64,000 nt of DNA from an uncultured Nitrososphaerota archaeon (GTDB taxonomy: Archaea; Thermoproteota; Nitrososphaeria; Nitrososphaerales; CADDZS01), in the NCBI GenBank assembly GCA_963799845.1, contig CAWCYI010000001.1, positions 64,001 to 128,000 on the forward strand, written 5' to 3'. Each line of letters opens with the position of its first letter. Within the stretch, counting starts at the first letter, position 1. A program made the position numbers and the translations under genes. Positions 59,869-64,000 of this stretch are shown piece by piece. The notes below the pieces were generated by a model that was given only the letters and a program-made list of their open reading frames with translations, was not told where the DNA came from and did no database searches.

Positions 59869-62154
59869 ATGGTTTCACAATCGGTCCTTTCAAGCAGATC
59901 CCGTGAGCGAGTTGTCTCATGGCTTTTGGATCGTGGAGATTACGTGTTCGCCCTTTCTCTTTACGTTGTACTAACGATTCTTTTCACATGGCCGCTTGCT
60001 GATAATTTCACGACGTTTGTCAACGGAAATATTCAGGACGTTTTTCACGAATTATGGTATCTGCATCTAGGTTCCAGCTCGACCTACGGGCCATTCTTCC
60101 TTTTTTCAACCTCTCTGTCATATTATCCGACCGGAGCGCCGCTTTACTTTCAAGTATTATCACCATTCAACACGCTAAATTTTGGTTGGATATCTGGGAT
60201 TTTTGGTGAGGTTATTGCTTACAATGTTTTGTACATGTTCACATTTTTCTTTGCGGGTTTTACGACTTATATCTTCGTAAAGTATCTGACTAACAACAAG
60301 TACGCCGCGTTCCTGGCAGGACTGGCATTCGCCTTTGCGCCCATCCACACTGGACAGGGATTCGCGCATCTCAATATCATGTCCGTTGAATTCCTTCCTC
60401 TCTTTGCATATTTCATGGTGAGGATGGCGAGAGAGCGAAGCATGTGGAACTCTATCTATGTTGCAGTCGCCCTTGTCCTCAACGCAATGTGCGACCTCCA
60501 CATGTTCCTATTGGCAGGAACAATGTTCGTCATCTATTTGATCTACACATTCTTGACTCAACGGAAGTTGATTGTCAATCGGGCTTACATTCATCGTTTG
60601 ATCGTTGCGCTATCTTTTGCTGCTCTAGCGACTTTTGTGGTGTACTTTCAGACAATCTATGGGCTGTTCTTCGTGCCGGTAAGCGTAGGATCTGCATCAT
60701 CCGTCACCCGGTTCATCTCGGCAAAATCTGCCGACCTACTCTCGTTCTTTGTTCCTTCGTCGGCAAATCCGTTCCTTAGCCGTTACGTCGCCTCAATCAA
60801 CACCCAAATTGGAAAGGTCGCGGTTGTCCCGAATGAATCCGGCACGGCATATGTAGGCTACACTGTACTCGGCTTGGCAATACTCGGTCTAGTCTTCTTT
60901 TGGAAGAGAAGGGATGTCTATTTTTGGGGACTGCTTGCGCTTATAGGGGCTGTTTTGGCGCTTGGTCCGTACATTTCGATTGATGGAGTGTTGACCCCGA
61001 TCCCTGGGTTATGGGGATATCTTTACTATGTCATCCCGCTTCTCAATTCATTTAGGGCACCATATCGTTTCGATTACCTAGTCGCGTTCGGCCTTGCCAT
61101 ATTAGCAGGATATGGCGTAACAGGTATCTATGGGAAGCTTTCTGCGATCAAGGTTCCCGATGCATCCAAGACCGTGATGAAAGTTCTTGTGATTTGCATA
61201 TTGTGTAGTTTGATCATCGTAGAGTTTCTACCAATTCCGTATGCAGAATACAACGGCCAAATTCCCCAATTTTATCAAGTTCTCGCAAACGATCACTCGA
61301 ATTACTCTGTTATCGAGGTTCCGTTGCAAAAGAGTTTCTCGGTATACCTGTACTACCAATCTATCTACAACAAACCATTGATCGACGGATCTATTCCCAG
61401 AAACCCCCAATTTCCCAGCACTTTGCAGGAATCGGTTCCGTTCATAAATGAGCTAGGGTTTTACCCGCCCGGTAAAGCACCGATCGACATTGTCAATCAG
61501 ACGTTGCCGATAATGACTTTGGCGCCGTACATTTTAGAACAGTATCAAGTCAAGTACATTATTGTCCACAAAGACTTGTTCAATTCGCCCACGGGCTATC
61601 TTCCATATGTACAACTTCTTACTTCGATTTTGGGTCAGCCGATGTACCAGGACTCGACGATTGTGGCGTTCAGATTCGTTCCACCTGCTTCAAATCAGTC
61701 TGGAATTGTACAGTTCCTACAGAAATACAACAACATTAGTCTAGTCAGTTTCTTGTACGGAAACTGGTTCAAGTACGGGCTTTTCGGAGCGCACACAAGG
61801 GCTATGAGCGGATTTGCAGGGCTGGACATCTTCTCCTCTACAAGTCAGTCTGTGCAACTTCAGTTTAGCGTAGATGGTGTCGGATCGAGCTATCCTTTGC
61901 AGCTATCTGTCAACGGTGAGCCTCTTGGGACTTACATGGCCTTCAAAGGGGTATACACGACTTATTCAACATCATTTTTCCAAATCAAACCGGGACAAAA
62001 TCAAATTCTTTACTTCTCCCCCAATGGTTGCGCTGTCCCAATCGCACCAACAGCGAAGAATATTGTAAGACCGAGAGCGAACCTAAACTTTTGCGTCACG
62101 GCTGACTTTAAGTGGATCGATCCAATTGCAGCTCATACGACGATTCAATCTTGA
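59869..62154 (+). CDS. Large polytopic membrane protein, YfhO/GT-C-like
   Basis: About 12 TMs; YYPTG, AFLAGLAFAFAP, YVGY, FRAPYRF, VKYIIVH; extracellular C-domain. Confidence 0.7.
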   Translation: MVSQSVLSSRSRERVVSWLLDRGDYVFALSLYVVLTILFTWPLADNFTTFVNGNIQDVFHELWYLHLGSSSTYGPFFLFSTSLSYYPTGAPLYFQVLSPFNTLNFGWISGIFGEVIAYNVLYMFTFFFAGFTTYIFVKYLTNNKYAAFLAGLAFAFAPIHTGQGFAHLNIMSVEFLPLFAYFMVRMARERSMWNSIYVAVALVLNAMCDLHMFLLAGTMFVIYLIYTFLTQRKLIVNRAYIHRLIVALSFAALATFVVYFQTIYGLFFVPVSVGSASSVTRFISAKSADLLSFFVPSSANPFLSRYVASINTQIGKVAVVPNESGTAYVGYTVLGLAILGLVFFWKRRDVYFWGLLALIGAVLALGPYISIDGVLTPIPGLWGYLYYVIPLLNSFRAPYRFDYLVAFGLAILAGYGVTGIYGKLSAIKVPDASKTVMKVLVICILCSLIIVEFLPIPYAEYNGQIPQFYQVLANDHSNYSVIEVPLQKSFSVYLYYQSIYNKPLIDGSIPRNPQFPSTLQESVPFINELGFYPPGKAPIDIVNQTLPIMTLAPYILEQYQVKYIIVHKDLFNSPTGYLPYVQLLTSILGQPMYQDSTIVAFRFVPPASNQSGIVQFLQKYNNISLVSFLYGNWFKYGLFGAHTRAMSGFAGLDIFSSTSQSVQLQFSVDGVGSSYPLQLSVNGEPLGTYMAFKGVYTTYSTSFFQIKPGQNQILYFSPNGCAVPIAPTAKNIVRPRANLNFCVTADFKWIDPIAAHTTIQS

Positions 62155-62487
62155 AAAATCCTTTTGCTGATGAGGGAATAGATTTTGCCGATCGAAAGGA
62201 ACTAGTTTTGGTGTGAAAGTTTAATTTCTTTGCCTCAGGGAATCTTTCTGGCATCCTAGCGGTCTCAAATATTGTACTTTTTCAACGTCGCGTGACTTTC
62301 TGAGACTTATGGTAATGAGAGGGTGAATGTCATGACTATAGAGCTAAATTTAGCCTCTTGTCGCGAAGACGGATATTTCAATCCCTTATCCTGATTTCTG
62401 GCGCTTGCTTCCATGCAAACGTGCATTTTCATATCTGCATTCGATGCTCTCGGAATATATAATGGTCAAAGAATCACACTTTGCCAT

Positions 62488-63855
62488 ATGTCAATCAAAA
62501 TGAACTCAACAAGTAGAACAGTTCTCGTTTCGAGCTCGATCACATTGGCTATCTTTCTTCTTAGTGGAATGGCATCATATTCCACCCTTTCTTCGCACGC
62601 CGCTAATCCTGTTTTCGGAGCTGCAATTAATTTGAGCAATGATGGAGCTAAAGCGAGCGAACCCGCAGTCGAGAGTAGCGGGAGCAACGTCGCAGTAGCA
62701 TGGACCCAAGGAACAGGTGGTGTTTACGTTCGGGTCAGCAGTGATGGGGGCTCCACGTGGTCTCCACCGACCACGAAGTCCGCACTGAAGGTTTCGACCG
62801 GCAAAGGCACTTCGTCATTCCCCGCCCCCTATACCGAGTATCAAAATACAAACGACTTTCTTTTTGCATGGACTGAGGCTAAGCAGATATGGGCAGCTGT
62901 GAGTAGTAACGGAGGGGCGACCTTTACGACCAAGCAAGTAAGCGTGAATGGTGGTGACATACCAGCTGTCGCCGGTTGGGGTTCTACACTCTATGTCTCA
63001 TGGACTGAGTCGAGCGGGTGCAGCAGCAACAGTGGAATGGGTTGCATTGTTGTCGGCTCCAGTACGAATGACGGAAATACCTGGGATAGGCCCATCCAAC
63101 TAAACCCATCCACCAATGGTGAGGAGGAGGTTGTCGCTACTTCGTCCACTAACGCTTACATTATCGCTGACGGAGTCTACTTTGAGTACACGATAAACAG
63201 CGGATCGAGCTGGAGCACACCATTCAAAATTTTCACTACGCCATTTCCAAACGAGGGCAGGGAACCTTGGATTGCGGCGTCGGGGAACAACATCTATGCA
63301 GTATGGGAATCTAACAGTACGAGCAAAGGTGTCAAATACCAAGATTATGGTAATATTAGCACTGACGGGGGCGCAACTTGGACTGCGGAGCCGGCCACCT
63401 TCTTCTCAGGGAGCATAAAGAACGACTGGGAGCCAGAAAATGTAGCCTACGGCAACACTGCATTTTTGACGTTTCATTCGCTGTCAAACCAAGGAATTTA
63501 CGTTGATGGGACGACCACTGCTGGATCTACGTGGAGTGCGCCTTTCCTTTTGAGCCCTACTTCCCTGTCTAGCGCTTACTCCCACATTTTCACCTCTGAT
63601 GGTGTGAATGTCTTTGTAATGTGGGGGCAGCAAATAAAGTCAGGATCGTCTACGTGGAACGCATACATGGCGTTCAGCGGAAACAGCGGTGGAACGTGGA
63701 GCATGCCAATCGACATCAGCAACAACGCGAATGGGGTGGCTGCTGCTAACAAAGATGTAACCACGTTCTCTCTTTCGAGTTCAGGAACTGCCTGTTATGC
63801 GGCCTGGACCTATACTTCTGGCGCGAGTTCACAGGTATATTTCGCATCTTCTTAG
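62488..63855 (+). CDS. Secreted Asp-box/BNR beta-propeller protein (paralog 3)
   Basis: Signal peptide, PVFGAAINLSND, SSDGGSTW repeats, ends QVYFASS like the paralogs. Confidence 0.85.
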   Translation: MSIKMNSTSRTVLVSSSITLAIFLLSGMASYSTLSSHAANPVFGAAINLSNDGAKASEPAVESSGSNVAVAWTQGTGGVYVRVSSDGGSTWSPPTTKSALKVSTGKGTSSFPAPYTEYQNTNDFLFAWTEAKQIWAAVSSNGGATFTTKQVSVNGGDIPAVAGWGSTLYVSWTESSGCSSNSGMGCIVVGSSTNDGNTWDRPIQLNPSTNGEEEVVATSSTNAYIIADGVYFEYTINSGSSWSTPFKIFTTPFPNEGREPWIAASGNNIYAVWESNSTSKGVKYQDYGNISTDGGATWTAEPATFFSGSIKNDWEPENVAYGNTAFLTFHSLSNQGIYVDGTTTAGSTWSAPFLLSPTSLSSAYSHIFTSDGVNVFVMWGQQIKSGSSTWNAYMAFSGNSGGTWSMPIDISNNANGVAAANKDVTTFSLSSSGTACYAAWTYTSGASSQVYFASS

Positions 63856-64000
63856 CTTAAGAGACTCAAGTTCCCCGACGGAAATAGAAATTGAATCTTC
63901 GAGAGAAGAGGCGTCAGTTCACAATCCAGAAAAGGCGAAAGTACGCCCTCAGTCGGAGGGCGTCGTTCGTGTTGGGCTTAGTCGGCAGTTACCGGTGATG

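Noticed and set aside
171-63764. Many short antisense or alternative-frame ORFs in the track
   Set aside because: They overlap well-supported genes and have no motifs; treated as shadow ORFs
54323-63855. Calling the Asp-box proteins sialidases
   Set aside because: No FRIP motif or Arg triad evident; Asp-boxes are structural
63943-63963. Hairpin ACGCCCTC-AGTCG-GAGGGCGT as an IS200/IS605 end
   Set aside because: No transposase visible at the window edge; a terminator is equally plausible
1-64000. CRISPR array, cas genes or rRNA
   Set aside because: No regularly spaced repeats, cas-like ORFs or rRNA-like sequence seen

Overview
Archaeal chromosomal window. The TBP, RpoP, GatDE, CDC48 and HMG-CoA synthase/thiolase/DUF35 genes are archaeal, and the CDC48, TBP, cytochrome b and Rieske sequences look most like Nitrososphaerota (Thaumarchaeota); that placement is my inference. 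Layout: (1-8.3 kb) peptide-type ABC transporter plus sugar-acid dehydratase, Zn-dehydrogenase and class III aminotransferase; (9.0-11.5 kb) integrase stub, two divergent intron-containing tRNAs (Gly-GCC with two introns, Ala-GGC with a D-loop intron) and an att-bounded relic carrying an IS630; (11.7-38 kb) mostly housekeeping genes, including a stand-alone nurA-herA pair and an apparently decaying TBP copy; (42-46 kb) cytochrome b, a Rieske protein with a long repeat extension and a cupredoxin; (47-52 kb) mptA/folE2-queD, an IS481 with a 15-bp target duplication, and a CysRS-like ligase lacking the anticodon domain coupled to a GNAT (MshC/MshD-like logic, the best candidate for an undescribed pathway); (53-64 kb) a low-density surface-protein island with three paralogous secreted Asp-box propellers and a GT-C-like membrane protein. 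TTG starts are very common and three genes appear to need CTG starts. Several single-base frameshifts in short homopolymers suggest sequencing errors. All assignments come from motif recognition by eye; no searches were run.
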